Source: Alkalispirochaeta sp. (GTDB lineage Bacteria > Spirochaetota > Spirochaetia > DSM-27196 > Alkalispirochaetaceae). Taken from it: 64,000 bases of DNA. Location of the stretch: contig CBDESZ010000020.1 of the NCBI GenBank assembly GCA_965242725.1, positions 32,001-96,000 on the forward strand, written 5' to 3'. Both the position numbers and the translations under genes were made by a program. Every line of letters begins with the position of its first letter. Position 1 is the first letter of the stretch. The notes under the pieces are model-generated. The model made no database searches and was not told where the DNA came from. It was given only the letters and a program-made list of their open reading frames with translations. This document shows positions 1-9,261 of this stretch, one piece after another.

Positions 1-12
1 AGTCCGTTAGTC

Positions 13-990
13 TTGCCGAAACCAGTGCGTTTTAAAACCAATTCGGTCGTTTATTTCCAGGGCGACGTAGATGAACGGATCTACATACTCAAATCAGGGC
101 GTATCGTTCTCCGCTCGCGGGATATCGAAACGGGCCAGGAAATTACCGATCTGATTCAGACCGGTGAGTTCTTCGGGGTGAAAAGCGCCCTTGGACGTAC
201 TCCGCGGGAGGAAGATGCCGTCGTCCTCTCCGATGCCGAAGTCGTTCAATTCTCCGTCGCGGAATTTGAGCAGGTGGTGACGTCGAATACCCGGATTATC
301 ATAAAAATGCTGAAGGTCTTCTCAAATCAGCTGCGACGAATTCATTCAAAAGTTTCATCAATGTTGAACCAGCAGGACCAGATCGATCCGGCCGAGGGAC
401 TCCACCACAGCGCGACCTTTTATTTCCGGAACAGGCAGTTTGACCACGCCGTGTACATCTGGAATCGATATATCGAGCTGTATCCCGAGGGACGTCACAT
501 CGAAGAGGTGAAGCAGCAACTCTCGCGGGCGCAACAGTCCGCCGGGGGCAGGGAGGGGGCAGGTCGAAAGAGCGGCGACTCCGTAACCGCGCAACCCCGT
601 GCGGAACTGTCCGATTTGGGGCGCACCTTTTTTGAAGCGGAAAGCGCCTATGCCAACGACAAACTGAAAGAAGCGATTACGGGTTTTCAGAAGGTTCTGT
701 CGATGCCCGACAATGACGAATATCGATTCAAGGCGCAGGTCCAGTTGGGTCGCTGTTACTTTGACAACGGGGAGCCGGGCAAGACGATACGCCATTTCTC
801 CCAGGTATTGAAAGAAATCCCCCGTCATCCTCAGATTGGAGAAATTCTCTACTATATCGGTTCGAGCTACCTTAAAAACGGAGACGAGAAAAAGGGCGCA
901 ACCTTTCTCAACAAAGCCCGTGCGAGCGCGAACGACGAACCGGCGTTGCGGCGAAAGATCGACAAGGCGCTGTCGCAGGCTGGAGGCTGA
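13..990 (+). CDS. Cyclic-nucleotide-binding domain protein with C-terminal TPR-like repeats
   Basis: N-terminal cNMP domain (YFQGD...IYILKSG...GEFFGVKSAL...PR); C-terminal TPR/BamD-like helices (YIELYPEG, LGRCYF, LYYIGSSY); TTG start. Confidence 0.85.
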   Translation: MPKPVRFKTNSVVYFQGDVDERIYILKSGRIVLRSRDIETGQEITDLIQTGEFFGVKSALGRTPREEDAVVLSDAEVVQFSVAEFEQVVTSNTRIIIKMLKVFSNQLRRIHSKVSSMLNQQDQIDPAEGLHHSATFYFRNRQFDHAVYIWNRYIELYPEGRHIEEVKQQLSRAQQSAGGREGAGRKSGDSVTAQPRAELSDLGRTFFEAESAYANDKLKEAITGFQKVLSMPDNDEYRFKAQVQLGRCYFDNGEPGKTIRHFSQVLKEIPRHPQIGEILYYIGSSYLKNGDEKKGATFLNKARASANDEPALRRKIDKALSQAGG

Positions 991-991
991 A

Positions 992-1624
992 ATGGGTGCG
1001 TTTGACCGATTTGCCAAGACCATTCCCAAGGGTCGCATGATCTTCTGTGAGTACGAGCCGGGAAACAGTTTTTACCTCATCCAGGAGGGGCGCGTACAGA
1101 TTACGAAAGTCATGGGAGAGATTGAAAAGGCGATCGACATTCTCCGTCCCGGTGAGATTTTCGGGGAGATGGCGATTCTTGAGGAAGCGCCCCGAAGCGC
1201 GAGCGCCGTCGCCATTGACGACGTCACATTGCTTGAGTTCAACCGCGCCAATTTTGAAATTCTCCTGCAGGGCAATCCGCAGATCGCGTTGACCCTCCTG
1301 AGGACGTTTGTAAAACGAATTTACGACCAGCGCCGGCGCTTTATGATTCTTCGGCTTAACGACGTACAGGCCCGTGTTGCCGATGTCTTTCTCATGCTCT
1401 ATGAAGGCATGGCGTCAAAGGATGTGGACAAGGACCGGTGGGAGTTTCAGGTCACCGCAGACGATGTCGCTCATTGGGCGGGCATTGCGCCGGAGAAAGC
1501 GCGGACGGTGATCAACCAGTTTGTCAATCAGCATCGTATTGAGATGTATCCCGATAAGATCGTTGTGCTGAACATCCATGATTTACAGCGTCTCGTAAGC
1601 AGTCGTAGACGGGACGAGGAATAA
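992..1624 (+). CDS. Crp/Fnr family transcriptional regulator
   Basis: GEIFGEMAILEEAPRSASA cNMP motif plus C-terminal HTH region; ATG 992 follows GGAGG and the upstream stop. Confidence 0.9.
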   Translation: MGAFDRFAKTIPKGRMIFCEYEPGNSFYLIQEGRVQITKVMGEIEKAIDILRPGEIFGEMAILEEAPRSASAVAIDDVTLLEFNRANFEILLQGNPQIALTLLRTFVKRIYDQRRRFMILRLNDVQARVADVFLMLYEGMASKDVDKDRWEFQVTADDVAHWAGIAPEKARTVINQFVNQHRIEMYPDKIVVLNIHDLQRLVSSRRRDEE

Positions 1625-2542
1625 GTGCCCCTTCCCGTCGTAGCGCGGGCCGACCGCGCACTCCTCGGAATCTTTCGGTATCTTCAACGTCTCCGGAACG
1701 GCGCCCGGCTTCGTTATGTCACAACCGACGACGGACGCGAATGGCCTGTCTATCACTCCAGGCCGGAACAGACAAATATGGGAGAAGGCGTTCCCATCGT
1801 ATTTCTCCACGGATTCGGCAACGACGGCGCAACGTGGCTGCCCTATTTCCCCCTCCTCGGGGTTCGCCGGGAGCTGGCCAGCCCCGATCTTCCCGGATTC
1901 GGCCGTCACATTCTGGCCGACAACGAACAGCTTTCACCACGATGGTACAGTGCCGTCGTATCCGAATTACTTCGGGAGTTGACGGTACGGTGGGGACAGC
2001 CGCCGATTGTGGTGGGAAAGTCGATGGGCGGACTCGTCGGCGGACTCGTCGCGGGAGAGGTTCCCGCTCTGGTTCGGGCACTCGTTCTCATTTCTCCCGC
2101 CGGACTTGAAGCACCGGTCGTCTCCGACTTCTGGAAAGAGTGGAGCGAGGGAAAAAACCGCCTCCTCCCGGAAAACCACGGTGAATGGGATGAGATGACG
2201 AGACTCATGTATCACCGACCGCCGCGGATTCCTTCGTTCATGGCGCGGGTGGCATTACAGTCGATCGCATCCAACCGGCGCCGGTATGAACGCATTTTTG
2301 ACGGGCTCATGTCGGAGGGATACAACCCACTCGGTGATGCCCTTCATCGCGTAACGTGCCCGGTAACGGTCATCTGGGGAGAAGAGGACCGTGTGATGGA
2401 TCCCTCGGGAGCGACAATTATCTCGGAACGCATCCCGTCGGCGGATATACATTTCATTCCGGAGTGCGGACACTCGCCGACACGGGAGACGCCGGGCGAG
2501 GTAAACCGCATACTCCTTCGCGTACTAAGCCGCTGGGGTTGA
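1625..2542 (+). CDS. Alpha/beta fold hydrolase
   Basis: HGF oxyanion motif, DLPGFG, nucleophile elbow GKSMGG, WGEED, catalytic His in CGHSP. Confidence 0.9.
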   Translation: MPLPVVARADRALLGIFRYLQRLRNGARLRYVTTDDGREWPVYHSRPEQTNMGEGVPIVFLHGFGNDGATWLPYFPLLGVRRELASPDLPGFGRHILADNEQLSPRWYSAVVSELLRELTVRWGQPPIVVGKSMGGLVGGLVAGEVPALVRALVLISPAGLEAPVVSDFWKEWSEGKNRLLPENHGEWDEMTRLMYHRPPRIPSFMARVALQSIASNRRRYERIFDGLMSEGYNPLGDALHRVTCPVTVIWGEEDRVMDPSGATIISERIPSADIHFIPECGHSPTRETPGEVNRILLRVLSRWG

Positions 2543-3877
2543 TTCTCCCCTTCGGCGATCGATGAAAAGCCCCAGAACAAACAGCAGGAAGACGCCTCCC
2601 AGCGTGATCAGCGAACTGAACGCCGGCAGTGTCATGCCCGCGATCAGCGTCAGGGCAAATCCCCCCAGCAGTGTCAGGAGTCCTGTGACCGATCCCGCCC
2701 GGGGCAGGTGAAGGACTCCGAATAACAGCGGCAGGAACACGAGAAGAATTCTCGAGGACGCCACCGACAGTTCGACAAGTGCATTCGGCCGGGTGAGGGC
2801 GAAGAGAGCGACGATAAGGGTCAACACGACGACTGCGACTCGTCCCGACGTTGCCGAGGTGCGGCGGCGAAAGATATCGCGGGAGACGGTGCTTGCAAGG
2901 GTGAGCAGGATTGAGTTGGCCGTGGAGACGGAAGCAAAGACGATGCTGAGGGCCAGCGGCAGTGCGAGGGCGCGTCCCATCCGGCCAAGGAGATGGACGA
3001 TCACCTGGTCACGATTGTCGGGCACCGGGAATATGCCGATAGCGGTTCCGTGCTGCGCGGCAAACCCGATAAAGGTCACGATCAGGGTATAAAGCGCGCC
3101 GAAAACGGCGAAAAGAATGATCATTTTCTTCAAGTCCCGCCGCTTTTCAAGGATGAAAATCCGCTGCAGCACCTGAGGGTTGGTGAGGGCAAAAAACATC
3201 CACGGGAGCGTGAGGTTCATAAAAAAGAGGGGAGTCCACATCGCGTTGGGAAACCGGGACAGTTCAAAGCCCTGAAATTCGTTATTGCTCCACATAAAGG
3301 CGGCAATGGCGACGACGATCATGAAGACGCCCTGCAGCGCGTCGGTGATTGCCACGCCCCGCAACCCCCCGAGGAGTGCCCAGGTGGCGATCACAACGGC
3401 GGCAAACACGACGCCTCCCGTAAATGAGAAGCCGTACCCTTCCAGAATGACCGCCAGACCAATGACCTGGACGGATGTGTACGGTATGAGTGCGATAGCT
3501 GCGACGACTGCCGCCGCGGAGGCGGTGTATGATCCGTAGTGTGATTTCAGCAGTTCCATCGGCGATACGACGTTCCGGGTCCTGGCCAGATCCCAGATTT
3601 TCCCGCCGTAGACGGAGAGCAGGATCACCGTGGCAACGAGATAGACGAGCTCGAAGATCAGGGCGCCCACTCCGCCGGCGTATGCGAGGCCCACAAGCCC
3701 GACCATCATGAAGGCTGAATAGGTTGTTGCGGCGTAGGTCATGGCTGAGATTCCCCAGCCGATCGTCCCGCCGCCGACAAAGTATTCCTTCTGTCCCGAA
3801 CGTTTGCGCATGACGGCGATGGAAACGCCCGTGCCGGTGACGGCATACAGACCCAACAACAGGTAGAAATCGTTCAT
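2525..3877 (-). CDS. Sodium:solute symporter family protein
   Basis: Polytopic membrane protein with EYFVGG, ATTYSAF, GGLRGVAITDALQG and STANSILL SSS-family motifs. Confidence 0.88.
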   Translation of the reverse strand: MNDFYLLLGLYAVTGTGVSIAVMRKRSGQKEYFVGGGTIGWGISAMTYAATTYSAFMMVGLVGLAYAGGVGALIFELVYLVATVILLSVYGGKIWDLARTRNVVSPMELLKSHYGSYTASAAAVVAAIALIPYTSVQVIGLAVILEGYGFSFTGGVVFAAVVIATWALLGGLRGVAITDALQGVFMIVVAIAAFMWSNNEFQGFELSRFPNAMWTPLFFMNLTLPWMFFALTNPQVLQRIFILEKRRDLKKMIILFAVFGALYTLIVTFIGFAAQHGTAIGIFPVPDNRDQVIVHLLGRMGRALALPLALSIVFASVSTANSILLTLASTVSRDIFRRRTSATSGRVAVVVLTLIVALFALTRPNALVELSVASSRILLVFLPLLFGVLHLPRAGSVTGLLTLLGGFALTLIAGMTLPAFSSLITLGGVFLLFVLGLFIDRRRGESTPAA

Positions 3878-3936
3878 GTTTCAGGAGGGTATCAAAGTTA
3901 CCGACCATGTACCAGCTTTTTCACGGGAAGGGGACG

Positions 3937-3965
3937 TTGAACAAATGGTGGGGGAGGCGTATTCT
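3937..3965 (+). promoter_or_regulatory. Putative sigma70 promoter of the PAS/GAF gene
   Basis: TTGAAC-17 bp-TATTCT, 8 nt before ATG 3974. Confidence 0.55.
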
Positions 3966-3973
3966 GTATATTT

Positions 3974-4933
3974 ATGGGAGAGCGGACTCCTGAACGTATT
4001 CAAATCATCACGCGCGGCGGGAGGACTCCCCAGTGTACCCTTGACAGGGCGTGGAATATTCATCGATGTAACGATGAGTTTCTCTCGTGGTGCGGCGGTG
4101 CACGTCGCGGACCCGCGGCAGCGGGGAGCTCTCTCGAGAAAATATTGCCTTCCGCCGTATGGGATCCGTTGCAGGAGATCCTCCTCCAGGGATTCCGCGG
4201 CGAGGTATCCTACGCCATATTCCGGGACTATCGCCCGTCCGCCGGCGAAGATCCGCAGATCTTCGAGCTGTTTATGGTCCCCTCGGACGGACAGGTACTT
4301 CATATAACCTTGCGTAACATCACCGAAAATCATACCGCCCAGCAACGAATGGTGCAGCTCGCCGGCAGATATCAAGCCGTCCTGGAGTCCGCCGTGGATC
4401 TGAACTCGTCCATTCAGGAACTTGAATCGGTCTACCGGACCACTCTTGAAAAGCTGGCAGGGGCGATCGACTTCGAAACGGGGACGATTCAGATTCTCGA
4501 GAACGATATTCTGCGCGTCGTGGCTCACCACGGATTCACGCTTCCACGTATTCTGGATACCCTTCGCTTCCCTCTGGATTCGCGTTTTCCGAATGTCATG
4601 GTGGTGCGCAGCCGGCGTCCCCTGGCGCTTACCGATATTCGTCACGATTTTCCCCACTTCCTGACGGAGAAGGATCAGTTCGGATCGGGACACATACGGT
4701 CGTGGATGGGAGTTCCGATCATCGACCGCGGTGAAGTGTGGGGCATGGTTACCCTTGACCGGTCTGAGGTGCGTCCTTTTGACGGAGAAGACATCGAGCT
4801 GGCGACGGCCATCGCGAACCATGCAGGCGTCGCAATTTCAAACGCCCGGCTCTACGCGACGCTGCAGCAGGCCCTTCTGGAACGGGAACGGCTGGCTGAC
4901 GAACTCGACCGCCGGGGCGGCGACGGTCGATAG
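3974..4933 (+). CDS. PAS-like plus GAF domain protein with no evident output domain
   Basis: PAS end (LRNITE), GAF motifs IRSWMGVPII...GMVTLDRS...FDGEDIELA...AISNARLY; ends after a short coiled coil. Confidence 0.8.
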   Translation: MGERTPERIQIITRGGRTPQCTLDRAWNIHRCNDEFLSWCGGARRGPAAAGSSLEKILPSAVWDPLQEILLQGFRGEVSYAIFRDYRPSAGEDPQIFELFMVPSDGQVLHITLRNITENHTAQQRMVQLAGRYQAVLESAVDLNSSIQELESVYRTTLEKLAGAIDFETGTIQILENDILRVVAHHGFTLPRILDTLRFPLDSRFPNVMVVRSRRPLALTDIRHDFPHFLTEKDQFGSGHIRSWMGVPIIDRGEVWGMVTLDRSEVRPFDGEDIELATAIANHAGVAISNARLYATLQQALLERERLADELDRRGGDGR

Positions 4934-5002
4934 GTCCGCGGATTCCGGGGAGCTCTCATTTTTCGTGCCAATTATCCCATTGTGTGATACTCTTCCTCCG
5001 TC

Positions 5003-6286
5003 GTGAAAAGAGTAATTCCTCAAGCCGAGAAGAGGCTGTATTGGGTGTTGTGGATACTCCTGTCGGGGGTATTTCTTTCCGCCGTTGTCGCCGACGGAAT
5101 GCAAGCACTTGTCGGTGCGTGGCGCCTTCAATTTCATCCCGCCCGGCTGGTGAATGATTTTACCGCGGTAGCCGGGGCAGGGGCCGCGCTTGTAAACGCC
5201 GTGGTTGTCGCGGTACTGGCCCTTGTCATCGTGTGGCGATCGAATATTTCCCTCTCGGGACCGACGATAGCGGCGATATTTACCGTTCTCGGGTTTGGAC
5301 TCTTCGGCAAGACGGTTATAAATACGGTTCCGATTGTCGTCGGTGTTGCCGTTTCGGCGCGGCTTGTGGGCAAGTCCTTCGGGGAGTATATCCTTATTGC
5401 CCTGTTCGGTACGGCCCTTGGACCGGTGGTGACTGCGGTTATCGTGGAGACGGGTCTTTCCGGGAGCAGTGCACTCGTCCTGGGGGTGCTATCGGGTGTG
5501 GCCGTTGGACTTCTTCTGCCGCCGGCGGCGATGGCGATGCTTCGTCTTCACCAGGGATTCAGTCTCTACAACATCGGCCTGACCAGCGGGTTCCTCGCGA
5601 TTTTCATCGCGTCGCTCTTCAAGACCGGCGGCATCGTTCTCTTTTCCGGCGGCGAGTGGAACCGGGAACCTGCGCTCCTGTTGCAGTATTTGATTCCTGC
5701 CGTGGGAGTCTATTTTCTCGTCGCAGCTTTTCTCCTTGACGGAAAAAAGATCTTTGCGCAACAGAAAAAGATTCGCGCCATGTCCGGACGGTTGCCTTCC
5801 GACTTCGTCAGTTCCGTCTCAGCCGGCGCCACCCTTCTGAATATGGCCATTCTCGCGCTCGCGTTCTGGCTCTATGTGGTGGTGATCCGCGGTGACTTGA
5901 ACGGTCCCGTACTGGGGGGGATATTCACAATTATAGGATTTGCCGCCTTCGGGAAGCATCCCCGTAATTGCTGGCCCGTGGCGGCGGGGATCATCACGGC
6001 GGCGCTAGTCTTCAACCATCCCCTCGCATCGGCCGGCCCGATACTCGCTGTGCTCTTCGGTACAACCCTCGCTCCCCTTGCCGGGGAGTTCGGAATTCCC
6101 ATCGGTTTTTTGGCGGGAATAGTCCATCTGGTAATGGTCATGCAGACCGGGGCGTGGCATTCGGGTATGACTTTGTACAATAACGGCTTTGCCGGCGGTT
6201 TGACGGCGGCCCTGATCGTATCGGTTATTGAGTGGTGGCAGACAAATCGACGCCAGGATCCCATGGCGAGGAGCAGAAAGACATGA
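5003..6286 (+). CDS. DUF1576 domain membrane protein
   Basis: Two internal repeats (FGTALGP/FGTTLAP; GFSLYNIG/GMTLYNNGF), GFAAFGKH. Confidence 0.8.
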   Translation: MKRVIPQAEKRLYWVLWILLSGVFLSAVVADGMQALVGAWRLQFHPARLVNDFTAVAGAGAALVNAVVVAVLALVIVWRSNISLSGPTIAAIFTVLGFGLFGKTVINTVPIVVGVAVSARLVGKSFGEYILIALFGTALGPVVTAVIVETGLSGSSALVLGVLSGVAVGLLLPPAAMAMLRLHQGFSLYNIGLTSGFLAIFIASLFKTGGIVLFSGGEWNREPALLLQYLIPAVGVYFLVAAFLLDGKKIFAQQKKIRAMSGRLPSDFVSSVSAGATLLNMAILALAFWLYVVVIRGDLNGPVLGGIFTIIGFAAFGKHPRNCWPVAAGIITAALVFNHPLASAGPILAVLFGTTLAPLAGEFGIPIGFLAGIVHLVMVMQTGAWHSGMTLYNNGFAGGLTAALIVSVIEWWQTNRRQDPMARSRKT

Positions 6287-6666
6287 ATCGACGTGACTTT
6301 ATTTTACATCTCATAAGCGAAGTGGGACATTACGTTCTCGATGCCGATCCCAACAGGATGGTGGTCTCCCTTCATCAGGAAACCGATGGTTTACATCTTG
6401 CGGTCCTGGACGACACAAAACGGAGCTCCGAAGAACTGGACGGTATACGCAACTCCCTGAACGGTACCGCCCGACCGGAGCTGGCCGGATATTACGGGAG
6501 TATGGCGGGCTACGATTTCCTCGGTTCCGCCAGGCTGGACCTTGTCGGATGGCAGGTGAAGCACGCCGACGTATCCGCCACGGACAGCGGAACACGTATT
6601 GATCTGTGGTTGGGAGGGGACCGGTTCAACCCGGCGGATTTCAACATGCCCGACGGGTGCGATTAA
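6283..6666 (+). CDS. Conserved hypothetical protein translationally coupled to DUF1576
   Basis: ATGA overlap with the DUF1576 stop; RPELAGYYGSMAG...LDLVGWQV. Confidence 0.7.
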   Translation: MNRRDFILHLISEVGHYVLDADPNRMVVSLHQETDGLHLAVLDDTKRSSEELDGIRNSLNGTARPELAGYYGSMAGYDFLGSARLDLVGWQVKHADVSATDSGTRIDLWLGGDRFNPADFNMPDGCD

Positions 6667-6701
6667 AGGCGGCGCGGCGGGCAGGAATACCATATTATTC
6701 C

Positions 6702-6781
6702 TTACAGAAACTGTAATAATTAATATACTTGACATTTTTAGAAAACGCTTCAATACTTCATTAAGTGACGTCAACGCTTAA
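6702..6781 (+). promoter_or_regulatory. Promoter/operator region of the Mbx-like operon
   Basis: AT-rich; TTGACA (6729-6734)-17 bp-AATACT; palindromes TTACAG-N3-CTGTAA (6702-6716) and TTAAGTG-N7-CGCTTAA (6761-6781). Confidence 0.6.
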
Positions 6782-6826
6782 CTGTTGTGGCTGCGACGTT
6801 ATCAACAATCCGACAGAGGGGGAAAA

Positions 6827-7324
6827 ATGAAGTCCTTTCGGCAGCGGGGAACCCTTGCGGTCATCCTCGTACTCTTTTGGGTTATCCTCGCGCACCCATT
6901 GTCGGCGCAGGAGATCGGGGTCGGTATCATTGTGGCCCTCATCATCGCGGCGCTACCGCTGCCGGGAATAGACCTGTTCGGTGAACTGAAACCGTTGCCC
7001 CGTCGTATCGGTGCTGCCGGGCTGTTCATTCTCGTCTTTCTCCGCGCCGTCGTTCGATCCAACCTTGACGTCGCCTTTCGCGTCCTGAGTCCGCAATTGC
7101 CGATCAACCCGGGAATCGTGCGGGTGAAGACGCGTCTCAAGAGTCGTATCGGTCGTCTGCTCCTGGCAAATTCAATCACCCTCACGCCGGGAACGATCAG
7201 TGTTGCCATAGACGGTGATGACTTCTACATCCACTGGATCAGCGTAGGAGCGAAGGACGTGGAAGGAGCGACACGACAGATCGTTTGGGAGTTTGAGAAA
7301 TACCTGGAGGTGAGTTTTGGCTGA
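6827..7324 (+). CDS. mnhE: Mrp/Mnh antiporter subunit E-like (MbxA)
   Basis: SNLDVAFRVL, PINPGIVRVKT, LANSITLTPGT; GAGGGGG RBS before ATG 6827. Confidence 0.9.
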   Translation: MKSFRQRGTLAVILVLFWVILAHPLSAQEIGVGIIVALIIAALPLPGIDLFGELKPLPRRIGAAGLFILVFLRAVVRSNLDVAFRVLSPQLPINPGIVRVKTRLKSRIGRLLLANSITLTPGTISVAIDGDDFYIHWISVGAKDVEGATRQIVWEFEKYLEVSFG

Positions 7325-7577
7325 CACGATTCTCATGGCGGCGGGATGGATCGTCCTCGCGTCGATGGTCGTATCCTTTATCCGCTTCGTACTCGGACCC
7401 GATTATCTCAACCGGCTGGTTGCCTTTGACGCAATGACGATCATGGCACTTTCCCTGATCGTCCTGCTTTCGTGGTACCTGGAGCGGATGATTTACCTCG
7501 ATGTGGCGCTGGTCTACGGACTGTTGAGCTTTCTCGGCGTCGTCGCAGTTGCCCGATTCGGGGAAGGGGAGCTCTGA
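7317..7577 (+). CDS. mnhF: Mrp/Mnh subunit F-like (MbxB)
   Basis: GP...RLVAFD...YLDVALVYGLLSFLG; TTG start after GGAGGTGA. Confidence 0.9.
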   Translation: MADTILMAAGWIVLASMVVSFIRFVLGPDYLNRLVAFDAMTIMALSLIVLLSWYLERMIYLDVALVYGLLSFLGVVAVARFGEGEL

Positions 7578-7578
7578 C

Positions 7579-7932
7579 ATGTTTGAACTGATCGGCGCAA
7601 TCGTCGCCCTTATCGGATCGCTGTTTCTGCTTCTGGCAGCGCTCGGTTTGATCCGCATGCCTGACGTCTATAACCGTATGCAGGCGGGAACCAAGGCGAC
7701 TACCCTGGGAAGTATCCTCATATTCACCGGTGTCGCCTTTTTTGTACCCCTCCATTGGACGAGACTGCTCATCCTTATCGTTTTCATTTTCCTGACCAAT
7801 CCTCTTTCTTCCCACGCCCTGGCACGATCGGCCCATTTTCAGGGAATACCGGTGGTTCTGCCGGAAAAGGCCGCTTCCGGGAACGGTGCGCGGGACGATC
7901 TCGCCGAGGCACAAAAGGAGTCCGCCCTATGA
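7579..7932 (+). CDS. mnhG: Mrp/Mnh subunit G-like (MbxC)
   Basis: GLIRMPDVYNRMQAGTKATTLG, TNPLSSHALAR. Confidence 0.9.
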   Translation: MFELIGAIVALIGSLFLLLAALGLIRMPDVYNRMQAGTKATTLGSILIFTGVAFFVPLHWTRLLILIVFIFLTNPLSSHALARSAHFQGIPVVLPEKAASGNGARDDLAEAQKESAL

Positions 7933-8204
7933 TGATGACCGTATTGATCACCCTGGGGGTGATGATGGTTGTCTCCGCCCTTGTCGCCCTGTACACCAAC
8001 GACATCGTAGGAGCCATCGTCGCCGCGGGAGCCGTTTCTCTCCTGGCCAGTGTTGTCTATCTGATGTTCGGAGCTCCCGACGTGGCCATGACCGAGGCGG
8101 CCATAGGGTCGGCGCTTACGACGGTGGTCTTTCTTTTCGCCTGGAGCCGTATCCGGGGGATCACGTCCGAACAGGAGGAACATGACGGGGAGGTGGATTC
8201 ATGA
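7929..8204 (+). CDS. DUF4040/MbhD-like small membrane subunit (MbxD)
   Basis: APDVAMTEAAIGSAL motif; ATGA overlap. Confidence 0.85.
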   Translation: MMMTVLITLGVMMVVSALVALYTNDIVGAIVAAGAVSLLASVVYLMFGAPDVAMTEAAIGSALTTVVFLFAWSRIRGITSEQEEHDGEVDS

Positions 8205-8905
8205 TCAAAAGACTCGTATCGCTGGTAACCGTCATCGTACTGGCCGTCTTCAGCGCTCCTCTGTTCCTGACGGTTGCGGAACGGAGCGAGGTCGGCGACG
8301 TTGCGGGACGGTACCTTTCCCAGGCACCGGGAGAGCTTGGTGCCGCCAACGTTGTAACCGCCGTGGTCGTCACATATCGGGGGTTGGACACCCTCGGTGA
8401 GGTTACCGTCCTTTTTGCCGCGTCGGCGGGCATCGCCCTCGCCCTGGCACATTTCGGCGGCGCGCGACGCAAGCCCTCAACGATGCGCCGGCAGCCGCCG
8501 TCGGAGCTGATCGTAACCGGAGCGGGGCTGTTGCTTCCGCTGATCGTGATGTTCGGAGTGTACATCTTTGTGCACGGTCATCTCACTCCCGGAGGTGGCT
8601 TTCAGGGCGGCGTCGTCATTGCCGCCGGCGTACTTCTTGTCTTTCTTGCCGGAACGGTCCGTGAATTTGCCCACGAGACGATGCATCTCCTTGAAATACT
8701 GTCGGGTGCCGGCTATGTGGCCATAGGTCTCCTCGGCATATGGGGCGCCGCAGGCTTCCTGGATCCGCGGTTTCTTCCAGTCGGAACGACCGGTGAGCTT
8801 CTGAGCGCAGGCGCGATTCCGGTGATTTACAGCCTGGTAGGTGTCAAGGTCGGAGCTGAGCTTTCGGGAGTATTGGACGCCATGCGTGATAGGGGGAGCC
8901 GGTAA
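8201..8905 (+). CDS. mnhB: MnhB-type subunit (MbhE+MbhF-like fused)
   Basis: NVVTAVVVTYRGLDTLGE and HGHLTPGGGFQGG. Confidence 0.9.
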   Translation: MIKRLVSLVTVIVLAVFSAPLFLTVAERSEVGDVAGRYLSQAPGELGAANVVTAVVVTYRGLDTLGEVTVLFAASAGIALALAHFGGARRKPSTMRRQPPSELIVTGAGLLLPLIVMFGVYIFVHGHLTPGGGFQGGVVIAAGVLLVFLAGTVREFAHETMHLLEILSGAGYVAIGLLGIWGAAGFLDPRFLPVGTTGELLSAGAIPVIYSLVGVKVGAELSGVLDAMRDRGSR

Positions 8906-9261
8906 TGGCACAGACGCTGGGTATTTTTGCCTTTCTCTTAATGGGAATCGGGATCTGGGGACTTGTGAGTCGCAGACATCTTATCAAAATCATCATCGGC
9001 TTTTCCCTGCTCGACACGGGAATTCACCTGCTTCTGGTAGCCCTCGGGTATCGGAAGGGAGGAACGGCGCCAATCGTGAGCGACGGGTTAACCCCGGAGT
9101 CTCTCATTGAAGGAGCCGTCGATCCGGTGCCTTCCGCGCTGGTTCTGACCGCAATCGTCATTGGTCTTGCCGTAACGGCACTGATGCTGACCTTTGCCGT
9201 CCGCATGTATGACCGCAACAGAAGCATATACGTCGAAAATAACAAGGAGCTGAAATGGTAA
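8905..9261 (+). CDS. mnhC: MnhC/NuoK-like subunit (MbxG)
   Basis: DPVPSALVLTAIVIG. Confidence 0.9.
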   Translation: MAQTLGIFAFLLMGIGIWGLVSRRHLIKIIIGFSLLDTGIHLLLVALGYRKGGTAPIVSDGLTPESLIEGAVDPVPSALVLTAIVIGLAVTALMLTFAVRMYDRNRSIYVENNKELKW

